A DNA stretch of 60,116 nt, counting the filler, from Squalus acanthias (taxonomy: Eukaryota): NCBI GenBank assembly GCA_030390025.1. It is 3 parts of 3 records of this genome, joined end to end, with 100 filler letters (N's around TTAATTAATTAA, not from the genome) between each part and the next. Parts side by side here need not be neighbours in the genome. Positions count along the whole stretch, not along the records: positions 7,236 to 34,774 come from JASTWF010002431.1; 2 more parts are not named here. The stretch is one strand, 5' to 3'. Of the stretch, positions 14,444 through 28,600 are shown one piece after another. Positions within the stretch are counted from its first letter, which is position 1, and every line of letters starts with the position of its first letter. Both the position numbers and the translations under genes were made by a program. The notes below the pieces were generated by a model. The model ran no database searches. It saw only the letters and a list, made by a program, of their open reading frames with translations, and had not been told where the DNA came from.

Positions 14444-14536
14444 TCAGAACCTCTTCTGTCCCCACACCGGGGCGGGTTTCGAGGCCACAATGGAGCTGAA
14501 GGCCGGGAACTCCTCGTTACTGCTGACATCTGGCGC
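14444..14536 (-). CDS. HDLBP: Vigilin/HDLBP-like, last coding exon
   Basis: tttctctacAG|GCG...TGA, phase 0. Reads APDVSSNEEFPAFSSIVASKPAPVWGQKRF* versus recalled human APDMSSSEEFPSFGAQVAPKTLPWGPKR*. Confidence 0.92.
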   Translation of the reverse strand, partial: APDVSSNEEFPAFSSIVASKPAPVWGQKRF

Positions 14537-14552
14537 CTGTAGAGAAATCAAG

Positions 14553-15245
14553 AGGCCGGGATTAGGACAGGCCAAACTACCAGGCCGGGATTAGGACAGG
14601 CCAGACCAGGCCGAACTATCAGGCCAGGCTAGGCCGGGATTAGGACATGCCAGACTAGGTCGAACTATCAGGCCAGGCTAGGCCGGGATTAGGACAGGCC
14701 AGACTAGGCTGAACTATCAGGCCAGGCTAGGCCAGGATTAGGACAGGCATGACCAGGCCGAACTATCAGGCCAGGCTAGGCCGGGATTAGGACAGGCCAG
14801 ACTAGGCCGAACTATCAGGCCAGGCTAGGCCGGGATTAGGACAGGCCAGACCAGGCCATACTATCAGGCCAGGCTAGGCCAGGATTAGGACATGCCAGAC
14901 TAGGCCGAACTATCAGGCCAGGCTAGGCCGGGATTAGGACAGGCCAGAGTAGGCCAAACTATCAGGCCAGGCCAGGATTAGGATAGGCCAGACTAGGCCG
15001 AACTATCAGGCCAGGCTAGGCCGGGATTAGGACAGGCCAGACCAGGCCATACTATCAGGCCAGGCTAGGCCAGGATTAGGACATGCCAGACTAGGCCGAA
15101 CTATCAGGCCAGGCTAGGCCGGGATTAGGACAGGCCAGAGTAGGCCAAACTATCAGGCCAGGCCAGGATTAGGATAGGCCAGACTAGGCCGAACTATCAG
15201 GCCTGGCTAGACCGGGATTAGGACAGGCCAGGCCAGGCAGGACAA
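14553..15245. repeat. 49-bp minisatellite (~14 copies) abutting the last vigilin-like splice acceptor
   Basis: Unit AGGCCGGGATTAGGACAGGCCAGACTAGGCCGAACTATCAGGCCAGGCT; period 49 (14631 to 14680). Confidence 0.93.
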
Positions 15246-15775
15246 GGCCTCAGTCTTGTATTTTCATAATGGCGAGAGACTAGGAGGAGCAGAGAGATTT
15301 GGGGGTCCATGCAGACAAATCACTCGAAGTTAGCGCACAGACACAAAAATTAAATCAAAAAGCCTACTGGTGACCGCTTTGCGGAACACCTCCGTTCAGT
15401 CCGTAAGGGGGACCCCGAGCTCCCGGTGGCCTGTCACTTTAATTCTCCGCTCCACTCCCACTCTGACCTCACCGTCCTCGGCCTATTGCGCTGCGCTTCC
15501 GTGGAACAGTGTAAGCTTGAGGAACAGCACCTCATCTTTCGATTAGGCACTTTACAACCTTCTGGACTCAACATAGAGTTCAACAATTTCAGATCATAAC
15601 CTCGGCCCCTATCACATATATATATTTTTTTGTCCACACTTTGTTTGACCTTTTTTTCTTCCCTCCCACATGGCAGCTGTCCTTCATTCTGTCAGCGCAA
15701 TTCACACTTCATCTGGAGCCATCCTTTGTTCCTTAACCTGTCCCATTACCACCACCTCTTGCCTTGAATATCTCT

Positions 15776-17540
15776 GAATCAACCCCCCCTCTCTCTCTCA
15801 ATCAACCCCCCCTCTCTCTCTCAATCAACCCCCCCTCTCTCTCTCAATCAACCCCCCCTCTCTCTCTCAATCAACCCCCCCTCTCTCTCTCAATCAACCC
15901 CCCCTCTCTCTCTCAATCAACCCCCCTCTCTCTCTCAATCAACCCCCCTCTCTCTCTCAATCAACCCCCCCTCTCTCTCTCAATCAACCCCCCCTCTCTC
16001 TCTCAATCAACCCCCCCTCTCTCTCTCAATCAACCCCCCCTCTCTCTCTCAATCAACCCCCCTCTCTCTCTCAATCAACCCCCCCTCTCTCTCAATCAAC
16101 CCCCCCTCTCTCTCTCAATCAACCCCCCCTCTCTCTCTCAATCAACCCCCCCTCTCTCTCTCAATCAACCCCCCCTCTCTCTCTCAATCAACCCCCCCTC
16201 TCTCTCTCAATCAACCCCCCCTCTCTCTCTCAATCAACCCCCCCTCTCTCTCTCAATCAACCCCCCCTCTCTCTCTCAATCAACCCCCCCTCTCTCTCTC
16301 AATCAACCCCCCCTCTCTCTCTCAATCAACCCCCCCTCTCTCTCTCAATCAACCCCCCCTCTCTCTCTCAATCAACCCCCCCTCTCTCTCTCAATCAACC
16401 CCCCCTCTCTCTCTCAATCAACCCCCCTCTCTCTCTCAATCAACCCCCCCTCTCTCTCTCATCAACCCCCCCTCTCTCTCTCAATCAACCCCCCCTCTCT
16501 CTCTCAATCAACCCCCCCTCTCTCTCTCAATCAACCCCCTCTCTCTCTCTCAATCAACCCCCCCTCTCTCTCTCAATCAACCCCCCCTCTCTCTCTCAAT
16601 CAACCCCCCCTCTCTCTCTCAATCAACCCCCCCTCTCTCTCTCAATCAACCCCCCCTCTCTCTCTCAATCAACCCCCCCTCTCTCTCTCAATCAACCCCC
16701 CCTCTCTCTCTCAATCAACCCCCCCCTCTCTCTCTCAATCAACCCCCCCTCTCTCTCTCAATCAACCCCCCCTCTCTCTCTCAATCAACCCCCCCCCTCT
16801 CTCTCTCAATCAACCCCCCCCTCTCTCTCAATCAACCCCCCCCCTCTCTCTCAATCAACCCCCCCCCCCTCTCTCTCAATCAACCCCCCCCCCTCTCTCT
16901 CAATCAACCCCCCCCCCTCTCTCTCAATCAACCCCCCCCCTCTCTCTCAATCAACCCCCCCCCTCTCTCTCAATCAAACCCCCCCTCTCTCTCAATCAAC
17001 CCCCCCCTCTCTCTCAATCAACCCCCCCCCTCTCTCAATCAACCCCCCCTCTCTCTCAATCAACCCCCCCTCTCTCTCAATCAACCCCCCCTCTCTCTCA
17101 ATCAACCCCCCCTCTCTCTCAATCAACCCCCCCTCTCTCTCAATCAACCCCCCTCTCTCTCAATCAACCCTCTCTCTCTCAATCAACCCTCTCTCTCTCA
17201 ATCAACCATCTCTCTCTCAATCAACCATCTCTCTCTCAATCAACCATCTCTCTCTCAATCAACCATCTCTCTCTCAATCAACCATCTCTCTCTCAATCAA
17301 CCATCTCTCTCTCAATCAACCATCTCTCTCTCAATCAACCATCTCTCTCTCAATCAACCATCTCTCTCTCAATCAACCATCTCTCTCTCAATCAACCATC
17401 TCTCTCTCAATCAACCATCTCTCTCTCAATCAACCATCTCTCTCTCAATCAACCATCTCTCTCTCAATCAACCATCTCTCTCTCAATCAACCATCTCTCT
17501 CTCAATCAACCATCTCTCTCTCAATCAACCATCTCTCTCG
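15776..17540 (+). repeat. Pyrimidine-rich minisatellite (CT)nCAATCAA(C)n, ~18-24-bp units, shifting to CATCTCTCTCTCAATCAAC at the 3' end
   Basis: Directly visible. The plus strand has essentially no G, and this repeat produces the spurious 617-aa ORF. Confidence 0.95.
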
Positions 17541-17645
17541 CTTTCTATCCTATCACTGACCTTCCCTTTTGTTCTTTCATCCCCTCCCCCTTTTCCCAGC
17601 CCCTAAACCTGCTTTAAAATCGGTTCCATTTCCTGCTTTTTTTCC

Positions 17646-17682
17646 AGTTCTGACGAAAGGCCTTCGACCTGAAACGTTGACT
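17646..17682 (+). ncRNA. Minimal type I hammerhead-ribozyme-like motif in the Penelope terminal repeat (one stem II mismatch)
   Basis: AGTT-CTGACGA-A-AGGCC TTC GACCT-GAAA-CGTT-GACT. Confidence 0.55.
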
Positions 17683-17920
17683 CTGTTTCTCTCTCCACGG
17701 ACGCTGCCTGGCCTGCTGAGTTTTTCCCCAGCGTTTTCTGTTGTTATTTAGGCTACTGGAACTGTTGGCTTTCATCGCAGAGGGGGCTGGAAATTATGCT
17801 TCAGTTGTTTAGAGATCTGGTTAAGACCCCATCTGGAGTAAGCAACATTCAGTTCTGGGCCCCGCATCTCAGGAAGGATATCTTGGCCTCGTAGGGGGCA
17901 CAGCGCAGATTCACCAGAAT

Positions 17921-18481
17921 ACATAGAAACATAGAAGATAGGAGTAGGCCATTCGGCCCCTCGAGCCTGCTCCGCCATTCAATGAGATCATGGCTGATCA
18001 TCCAAACTCAGTACCCTGTCCCTGCTTTCTCCCCATATCCCTTGATACCTTTAGCCTTAATATATCTAACTCATTCTTGAATATATTTAATGACTTGGCC
18101 TCAACTACCTTCTGTGGTAAAGAATTCCACAGGTTCACCACTCTCTGGGTGAAGAAATTCCTCCTCATTTCTGTCCTAAATGGCTTAATCCCTTATCCTT
18201 AGATTATGACCCCTGGTTCCGGACTCTCCGACCATCGGGAACATTCTTCCTGCATCTAGTTTGTCCAGACCTGTCAGAATTTTATATGTTTCGATGAGAT
18301 CCCCTCTCATTCTTCCATATATAAGCCCAATCGACCCAATCTCTCCTCATGTGTCATTCCTGCCATCCCAGGTATCGGCCTTGTGAATCTTTGCTGAACT
18401 CCTTCCATGGCAAGAACATCCTTCCTCAGATAAGGTGACCAAAACTGCACACAGTACTCAAGGTGTGGTCTCACCAAGGCC
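17921..18481 (-). mobile_element. CR1 LINE 3' fragment (same family as 7345-9003)
   Basis: ALVRPHLEYCVQFWSPYLRKDVLAMEGVQ in ORF 18307-18501, plus the CR1 tail TTCTATGTTTCTATG. Confidence 0.92.
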
Positions 18482-18766
18482 CCGAGGGGGTTAAATTCCA
18501 AGGAGTGGGGGGTAGCATAGACTGGGCTGCATGGACCCTCGCCCCACCCTGTCTCTCTCTAACCTCCTCCAGCCCTACAAACCTAACTGGTGGATTTAGG
18601 AAAGGTTAGTTGTAGGAACAAGGAGAGGCGACCTGTGATACAGAACTGCGATCGGGAATGATTTCAAGGTAATGATCCTTGGGGTGGAGTTGTGGGGTGG
18701 GGGGGGGTAGATGGTTACGTCGGGAGATTGGAAAAGCTCGCAATTGTTCACCTTTGAAAAGTAGGC

Positions 18767-19182
18767 CTCATCCGTGGCGCAGTGGGTAGCACTAACTCCA
18801 GAGACTTGAGCACAATAACCTGGGCTGGCACCGAGGGAGGGCCGCGGCACCAAGGGAGGGGGCGTCTTTCAGATGAGACCTTAAACAGAGACCCCCCCCC
18901 CGCCCCCTATCTGCCCCCCCTCAGCTGGACGTAAAAGATCCCACGGCCACTATTTCGAAGAGGAGCAGGGGGGAGTTCTCTACGGTATTTATCCCTCAAA
19001 TCAACATCACTTAAAAAAGGAGAGAGATATTGTATATCTGGTCATCGTCACATTGCTGCTGGTGGGATCTTGCTGTGCGCAAATTGGCTGCCGCCTTTCC
19101 AACGTTGCAACTTCATTGGCTATGAAGCGCTTTGGGGATGTCCCAAGATGGTGAAAGGCGCGATAGGAATGCAAGATCTTTC
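18767..19182 (+). mobile_element. tRNA-derived Deu-domain SINE (SacSINE1-like)
   Basis: A-box-like head CCGTGGCGCAGTGGGTAGCAC; Deu core GTCTTTCAGATGAGACCTTAAAC...GGACGTAAAAGATCCCA...CTATTTCGAAGAGGAGCAGGGG; L2-like tail. Confidence 0.8.
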
Positions 19183-19216
19183 ATACACACACACACACAC
19201 ACACAAAGACACTTAC

Positions 19217-19339
19217 CGGATTGTCTACATTATCCCACGGCGCACCTCGAACCGAGAATCCTTTGGCATTCGCTGGGCAGGCGGTGGTGGGTTCAGGAGG
19301 GGTTTTGGAGACTTGACAGGCATCTGCAATATCCATCAG
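19217..19339 (-). CDS. HDLBP: Vigilin/HDLBP-like, penultimate exon
   Basis: 123 nt, phase 0-0, ccaatcAG| ... CCG|GTAAGT. Reads LMDIADACQVSKTPPEPTTACPANAKGFSVRGAPWDNVDNP; GFxVRxAPW is the vigilin C-tail motif. Confidence 0.88.
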
Positions 19340-19616
19340 CTGATTGGTTGGTTGGTTGATGAGCATGGGGTCAGGGGGAGAGAAGAGCAGCAGTGAGGAC
19401 CTCGAAGAAGCGTTTCAGCGGACTGTTTGTGGTGAGGTTCGAGCTCCCAGGAGGAGAACGGGAGCCCAAAGGTCAGACCAGTAAATTCAACGCACCCACC
19501 CCCACCCTTCCGCCCGTGTCCCACAATGTTTCCTCAGTCCCTCGGACACTCAACCTGAACAGAGATGGTCAGCAGGCGGGAGGACTCTAATGAGGATTAC
19601 ACCGTGGATCTGAATT

Positions 19617-22600
19617 ACAGAGACACACCGAGACAGAGACTCAGACACACACACCCACACCCCGAGACCCAGACCCCCAGAGACCCACACACCCAGACCC
19701 ACACACACCGAGACCCCGACCCCCGCACGCCCAGAGACCCCGACCCCCGCACGCCCAGAGACCCCGACCCCCGCACGCCGAGACACCGACACACACTCCG
19801 AGACCCCGACACACACACCCCGACAGAGACCCAGACCCCCACACCGAGACCCAGACCCACAAACCGAGAGACCCCGACACACACGCCCAGAGACCCCGAC
19901 ACACACGCCCAGAGACCCCGACACACACGCCCAGAGACCCCGACACACACGCCCAGAGACCCCGACACACACGCCCAGAGACCCCGACACACACGCCCAG
20001 AGACCCCGACACACACGCCCAGAGACCCCGACACACACGCCCAGAGACCCCGACACACACGCCCAGAGACCCCGACACACACGCCCAGAGACCCCGACAC
20101 ACACGCCCAGAGACCCCGACACACACGCCCAGAGACCCCGACACACACACCCAGAGACCCCGACACACACACCCAGAGACCCCGACACACACACCCAGAG
20201 ACCCCGACACACACACCCAGAGACCCCGACACACACACCCAGAGACCCCGACACACACACCCAGAGACCCCGACACACACACCCAGAGACCCCGACACAC
20301 ACACCCAGAGACCCCGACACACACACCCAGAGACCCCGACACACACACCCAGAGACCCCGACACACACACCCAGAGACCCCGACACACACACCCAGAGAC
20401 CCCGACACACACACCCAGAGACCCCGACACACACACCCAGAGACCCGACACACACACCCAGAGACCCCGACACACACACCCAGAGACCCCGACACACACA
20501 CCCAGAGACCCCGACACACACACCCAGAGACCCCGACACACACACCCAGAGACCCCGACACACACACCCAGAGACCCCGACACACACACCCAGAGACCCC
20601 GACACACACACCCAGAGACCCCGACACACACACCCAGAGACCCCGACACACACACCCAGAGACCCCGACACACACACCCAGAGACCCCGACACACACACC
20701 CAGAGACCCCGACACACACACCCAGAGACCCCGACACACACACCCAGAGACCCCGACACACACACCCAGAGACCCCGACACACACACCCAGAGACCCCGA
20801 CACACACGCCCAGAGACCCCGACACACACGCCCAGAGACCCCGACACACACGCCCAGAGACCCCGACACACACGCCCAGAGACCCCGACACACACGCCCA
20901 GAGACCCCGACACACACGCCCAGAGACCCCGACACACACGCCCAGAGACCCCGACACACACGCCCAGAGACCCCGACACACACGCCCAGAGACCCCGACA
21001 CACACGCCCAGAGACCCCGACACACACGCCCAGAGACCCCGACACACACGCCCAGAGACCCCGACACACACGCCCAGAGACCCCGACACACACGCCCAGA
21101 GACCCCGACACACACGCCCAGAGACCCCGACACACACGCCCAGAGACCCCGACACACACGCCCAGAGACCCCGACACACACGCCCAGAGACCCCGACACA
21201 CACGCCCAGAGACCCCGACACACACGCCCAGAGACCCCGACACACACGCCCAGAGACCCCGACACACACGCCCAGAGACCCGACACACAGCCCAGAGACC
21301 CCGACACACACGCCAGAGACCCCGACCACACACACCCAGAGACCCCGACACACACACCCAGAGACCCCGACACACACAGCCAGAGACCCCGACACACACA
21401 CCCAGAGACCCCGACACACACACCCAGAGACCCCGACACACACACCCAGAGACCCCGACACACACACCCAGAGACCCCGACACACACACCCAGAGACCCG
21501 ACACACACACCCAGAGACCCCGACACACACACCCAGAGACCCCGACACACACACCCAGAGACCCCGACACACACACCCAGAGACCCCGACACACACACCC
21601 AGAGACCCCGACACACACACCCAGAGACCCCGACACACACACCCAGAGACCCCGACACACACACCCAGAGACCCCGACACACACACCCAGAGACCCGACA
21701 CACACACCCAGAGACCCCGACACACACACCCAGAGACCCCGACACACACACCCAGAGACCCCGACACACACACCCAGAGACCCCGACACACACACCCAGA
21801 GACCCCGACACACACACCCAGAGACCCGACACACACACCCAGAGACCCCGACACACACACCCAGAGACCCCGACACACACACCCAGAGACCCCGACACAC
21901 ACACCCAGAGACCCCGACACACACACCCAGAGACCCCGACACACACACCCAGAGACCCCGACACACACACCCAGAGACCCCGACACACACACCCAGAGAC
22001 CCCGACACACACACCCAGAGACCCCGACACACACACCCAGAGACCCCGACACACACACCCAGAGACCCCGACACACACACCCAGAGACCCCGACACACAC
22101 ACCCAGAGACCCCGACACACACACCCAGAGACCCGACACACACACCCAGAGACCCCGACACACACACCCAGAGACCCCGACACACACACCCAGAGACCCC
22201 GACACACACACCCAGAGACCCCGACACACACACCCAGAGACCCCGACACACACACCCAGAGACCCCGACACACACACCCAGAGACCCCGACACACACACC
22301 CAGAGACCCCGACACACACACCCAGAGACCCCGACACACACACCCAGAGACCCCGACACACACACCCAGAGACCCCGACACACACACCCAGAGACCCCGA
22401 CACACACACCCAGAGACCCCGACACACACACCCAGAGACCCCGACACACACACCCAGAGACCCCGACACACACACCCAGAGACCCCGACACACACACCCA
22501 GAGACCCCGACACACACACCCAGAGACCCCGACACACACACCCAGAGACCCCGACACACACACCCAGAGACCCCGACACACACACCCAGAGACCCCGACA

Positions 22601-25600
22601 CACACACCCAGAGACCCCGACACACACACCCAGAGACCCCGACACACACACCCAGAGACCCCGACACACACACCCAGAGACCCCGACACACACACCCAGA
22701 GACCCCGACACACACACCCAGAGACCCCGACACACACACCCAGAGACCCCGACACACACACCCAGAGACCCCGACACACACACCCAGAGACCCCGACACA
22801 CACACCCAGAGACCCCGACACACACACCCAGAGACCCCGACACACACACCCAGAGACCCCGACACACACACCCAGAGACCCCGACACACACACCCAGAGA
22901 CCCCGACACACACACCCAGAGACCCCGACACACACACCCAGAGACCCCGACACACACACCCAGAGACCCCGACACACACACCCAGAGACCCCGACACACA
23001 CACCCGGACCCCCGACACACACACCCGGAACCCCGACACACCCACCCAGAGACCCCGACACACACACCCAGAGACCCCGACACACACACCCAGAGACCCC
23101 GACACACACACCCAGAGACCCCGACACACACACCCAGAGACCCCGACACACCCACCCAGAGGCCCCGACACACACACCCCGACCCCCGACACACACACCC
23201 GGAACCCCGACACACCCACCCAGAGACCCCGACACACACACCCAGAGACCCCGACACACACACCCAGAGACCCCGACACACACACCCAGAGACCCCGACA
23301 CACACACCCAGAGACCCCGACACACACACCCAGAGACCCCGACACACACACCCAGAGACCCCGACACACACACCCAGAGACCCCGACACACACACCCAGA
23401 GACCCCGACACACACACCCAGAGACCCCGACACACACACCCAGAGACCCCGACACACACACCCAGAGACCCCGACACACACACCCCAGAGACCCCGACAC
23501 ACACACCCAGAGACCCCGACACACACACCCAGAGACCCCGACACAACACACCCAGAGACCCCGACACACACACCCAGAGACCCCGACACACACACCCAGA
23601 GACCCCGACACACACACCCAGAGACCCCGACACACACACCCAGAGACCCCGACACACACACCCAGAGACCCCGACACACACACCCAGAGACCCCGACACA
23701 CACACCCAGAGACCCCGACACACACACCCAGAGACCCCGACACACACACCCAGAGACCCCGACACACACACCCAGAGACCCCGACACACACACCCAGAGA
23801 CCCCGACACACACACCCAGAGACCCCGACACACACACCCAGAGACCCCGACACACACACCCAGAGACCCCGACACACACACCCAGAGACCCCGACACACA
23901 CACCCAGAGACCCCGACACACACACCCAGAGACCCCGACACACACACCCAGAGACCCCGACACACACACCCAGAGACCCCGACACACACACCCAGAGACC
24001 CCGACACACACACCCAGAGACCCCGACACACACACCCAGAGACCCCGACACACACACCCAGAGACCCCGACACACACACCCAGAGACCCCGACACACACA
24101 CCCAGAGACCCCGACACACACACCCAGAGACCCCGACACACACACCCAGAGACCCCGACACACACACCCAGAGACCCCGACACACACACCCAGAGACCCC
24201 GACACACACACCCAGAGACCCCGACACACACACCCAGAGACCCCGACACACACACCCAGAGACCCCGACACACACACCAGAGACCCCGACACACACACCC
24301 AGAGACCCCGACACACACACCCAGAGACCCCGACACACACACCCAGAGACCCCGACACACACACCCAGAGACCCCGACACACACACCCAGAGACCCCGAC
24401 ACACACACCCAGAGACCCCGACACACACACCCAGAGACCCCGACACACACACCCAGAGACCCCGACACACACACCCAGAGACCCCGACACACACACCCAG
24501 AGACCCCGACACACACACCCAGAGACCCCGACACACACACCCAGAGACCCCGACACACACACCCAGAGACCCCGACACACACACCCAGAGACCCCGACAC
24601 ACACACCCAGAGACCCCGACACACACACCCAGAGACCCCGACACACACACCCAGAGACCCCGACACACACACCAGAGACCCCGACACACACACCGAGACC
24701 CCGACACACACACCCAGAGACCCCGACACACACACCCAGAGACCCCGACACACACACCCAGAGACCCCGACACACACACCCCGACAGAGACCCAGACACA
24801 CACACCCCGACAGAGACCCAGACCCCCACACCCCGACAGAGACCCAGACCCCCACACCCCGACAGAGACCCAGACCCCCACACCCAGAGACCCAGACACA
24901 CACACCGAGACCCCGACCCACAAACCGAGACCCAGACCCAAACACCGAGACCCAGACACACACACCCAGAGACCCAGACACACACACCCAGAGACCCAGA
25001 CACACACACCGAGACCCAGACACACACACCCAGAGTCCCCCGAGACCCACACACCGAGACCCCGAGACACACACCCCGAGACCCAGACCCACACGCCCCG
25101 AGACCCCGAGACCCACACGCCCAGAGACCCCGAGACCCCGAGCCCGAGACCCCGACCCACACGCCCCGAGACCCAGACCCACACGCCCCGAGACCCAGAC
25201 CCACACACCCGAGACCCCAACCCACACGCCCCGAGACCCAGACCCACACACCCGAGACCCAGACCCACACACCCCGAGACCCCAACCCACACACCCCGAG
25301 ACCCCGAGACCCACACGCCCCGAGACCGAGACCCACACACCGAGAACCCGAGACCCACACACCGAGAACCCGAGACCCACACACCGAGACCCACACACCC
25401 TGAGACCCCCACGCCCCGAGACCCAGAGACACACACCCAGAGACCCCGAGACCCACACACCGAGACCCCCACACCCCGACAGAGACCCAGACCCCCACAC
25501 CCCGACAGAGACCCAGACCCCCACACCCAGAGACCCAGACACACACACCGAGACCCCGACCCACAAACCGAGACCCAGACCCAAACACCGAGACCCAGAC

Positions 25601-28600
25601 ACACACACCCAGAGACCCAGACACACACACCCAGAGACCCAGACACACACACCCAGAGACCCAGACACACACACCCAGAGACCCAGACACACACACCCAG
25701 AGACCCAGACACACACACCCAGAGACCCAGACACACACACCCAGAGACCCCGAGACACACACCCAGAGACCCCGACACACACACCCAGAGTCCCCCGAGA
25801 CCCACACACCGAGACCCCGAGACACACACCCCGAGACCCAGACCCACACGCCCCGAGACCCCGAGACCCACACGCCCAGAGACCCCGAGACCCCGAGCCC
25901 GAGACCCCGACCCACACGCCCCGAGACCCAGACCCACACACCGAGAACCCGAGACCCACACACCGAGAACCCGAGACCCACACACCGAGACCCACACACC
26001 CTGAGACCCCCACGCCCCGAGACCCAGAGACACACACCCAGAGACCCCGAGACCCACACACCGAGACCCCCACACCCCGAGACCCACACGCCCCGAGACC
26101 CCGAGACCCACACACCCAGAGACCCCGAGACCCACACACCGAGACCCCCACACCCCGAGACCCACACGCCCCGAGACCCCGAGACCCACACGCCCAGAGA
26201 CCCCGAGACCCCGAGCCCGAGACCCCGACCCACACGCCCCGAGACCCAGACCCACACACCCGAGACCCAGACCCACACACCCCGAGACCCAGACCCACAC
26301 ACCCCGAGACCCCAACCCACACACCCCGAGACCCCGAGACCCACACGCCCCGAGACCGAGACCCACACACCGAGAACCCGAGACCCACACACCGAGAACC
26401 CGAGACCCACACACCGAGACCCACACACCCTGAGACCCCCACGCCCCGAGACCCAGAGACACACACCCAGAGACCCCGAGACCCACACACCGAGACCCCC
26501 ACACCCCGAGACCCACACGCCCCGAGACCCCGAGACCCCCACACCCCGAGACCCACACGCCCCGAGACCCCGAGACCCACACACCCCGAGACCGAGACCC
26601 ACACACCGAGAACCCGAGACCCACACACCGAGACCCACACACCCCGAGACCCCGAGACCCACATGCCCCGAGACCCAGACGCCCCGAGACCGAGACCCAC
26701 ATGCCCCGAGACCCCGAGACCCACACGCCCCGAGACCCACACGCCCCGAGACCCCGAGACCCACACGCCCCGAGACCCCGAGACCCACACGCCCCGAGAC
26801 CCAGACCCACACACCCCGAGACCCCGAGACCCACATGCCCCGAGACCCCGAGACCCCCACGCCCCGAGACCCAGACGCCCCGAGACCGAGACCCCCACGC
26901 CCCGAGACCCACACGCCCCGAGACCCCGAGACCCACACGCCCCGAGACCCCGAGACCCACACGCCCCGAGACCCCGAGACCCAGACGCCCCGAGACCGAG
27001 ACCCACATGCCCCGAGACCCAGACGCCCCGAGACCGAGACCCCCACGCCCCGAGACCCACACGCCCCGAGACCCCGAGACCCACACGCCCCGAGACCCCG
27101 AGACCCACACGCCCCGAGACCCCGAGACCCACACCGAGACCCCGAGACCCCGAGACCCACACGCCCCGAGACCCCGAGACCCCGAGACCCACACGCCCCG
27201 AGACCCCGAGACCCCGAGACCCACACGCCCCGAGACCCACACGCCCCGAGACCCCGAGACCCCGAGACCCACACGCCCCGAGACCCCCACGCCCCGAGAC
27301 CCACACGCCCCGAGACCCCCACGCCCCGAGACCCACACGCCCCGAGACCCCGAGACCCACACGCCCCGAGACCCCGAGACCCACACGCCCCGAGACCCCG
27401 AGACCCACACGCCCCGAGACCCCGAGACCCACACCGAGACCCCGAGACCCCGAGACCCACACCGAGACCCCGAGACCCCGAGACCCCGAGACCCACACCG
27501 AGACCCCGAGACCCCGAGACCCACACGCCCCGAGACCCCGAGACCCCGAGACCCACACGCCCCGAGACCCCGAGACCCCGAGACCCACACGCCCCGAGAC
27601 CCAGACCCACACGCCCCGTGACCCCGAGACCCCGAGACCCACACGCCCCGAGACCCCGAGACCCCGAGACCCACACGCCCCGAGACCCCCACGCCCCGAG
27701 ACCCACACGCCCCGAGACCCCCACGCCCCGAGACCCACACGCCCCGAGACCCCGAGACCCACACGCCCCGAGACCCCGAGACCCACACGCCCCGAGACCC
27801 CGAGACCCACACGCCCCGAGACCCCGAGACCCACACCGAGACCCCGAGACCCCGAGACCCACACCGAGACCCCGAGACCCCGAGACCCCGAGACCCACAC
27901 CGAGACCCCGAGACCCCGAGACCCACACGCCCCGAGACCCCGAGACCCCGAGACCCACACGCCCCGAGACCCCGAGACCCCGAGACCCACACGCCCCGAG
28001 ACCCAGACCCACACGCCCCGTGACCCCGAGACCCCGAGACCCACACGCCCCGAGACCCCGAGACCCACACGCCCCGAGACCCCGAGACCCACACGCCCCG
28101 AGACCCCCAGACCCACACGCCCCGAGACCCCGAGACCCCCACGCCCCGAGACCCCCACACCCCGAGACCCACACACCGAGACCCCGAGACCCACACGCCC
28201 CGAGACCCAGACCCACACGCCCCGAGACCCCGAGACCCACACCGAGACCCCGAGACCCACACACCGAGACCCAGACCCACACACCGAGACCCCCACACCG
28301 AGACCCCGAGACCCACACGCCCCGAGACCCCGAGACCCACACCGAGACCCCGAGACCCACACACCGAGACCCAGACCCACACACCGAGACCCCCACACCG
28401 AGACCCCGAGACCCACACGCCCCGAGACCCCGAGACCCACACCGAGACCCCGAGACCCACACACCGAGACCCAGACCCACACACCGAGACCCCCACACCG
28501 AGACCCCGAGACCCACACCCCCCGAGACCCCGAGACCCACACCGAGACCGCGAGACCCACACACCGAGACCCCCACACCGAGACCCCGAGACCCCGAGAC

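Larger units (their letters stand above)
15371..17749 (+). mobile_element. Penelope-like element 3' fragment inserted in an old CR1, with a minisatellite expanded inside it
   Basis: 15371-15595 is nearly identical to the GIY-YIG tail at 59893-60116. 15650-15775 and 17540-17749 are the reverse complement of parts of 57753-58128. Flanked by AG(C/G)CTACTGG at 15361-15370 and 17750-17759 (target duplication); CR1 sequence continues on both sides. Confidence 0.88.

Noticed and set aside
15764-17617. 617-aa Pro/Ser/Leu ORF
   Set aside because: Translation of a pyrimidine-rich minisatellite inside a Penelope terminal repeat.
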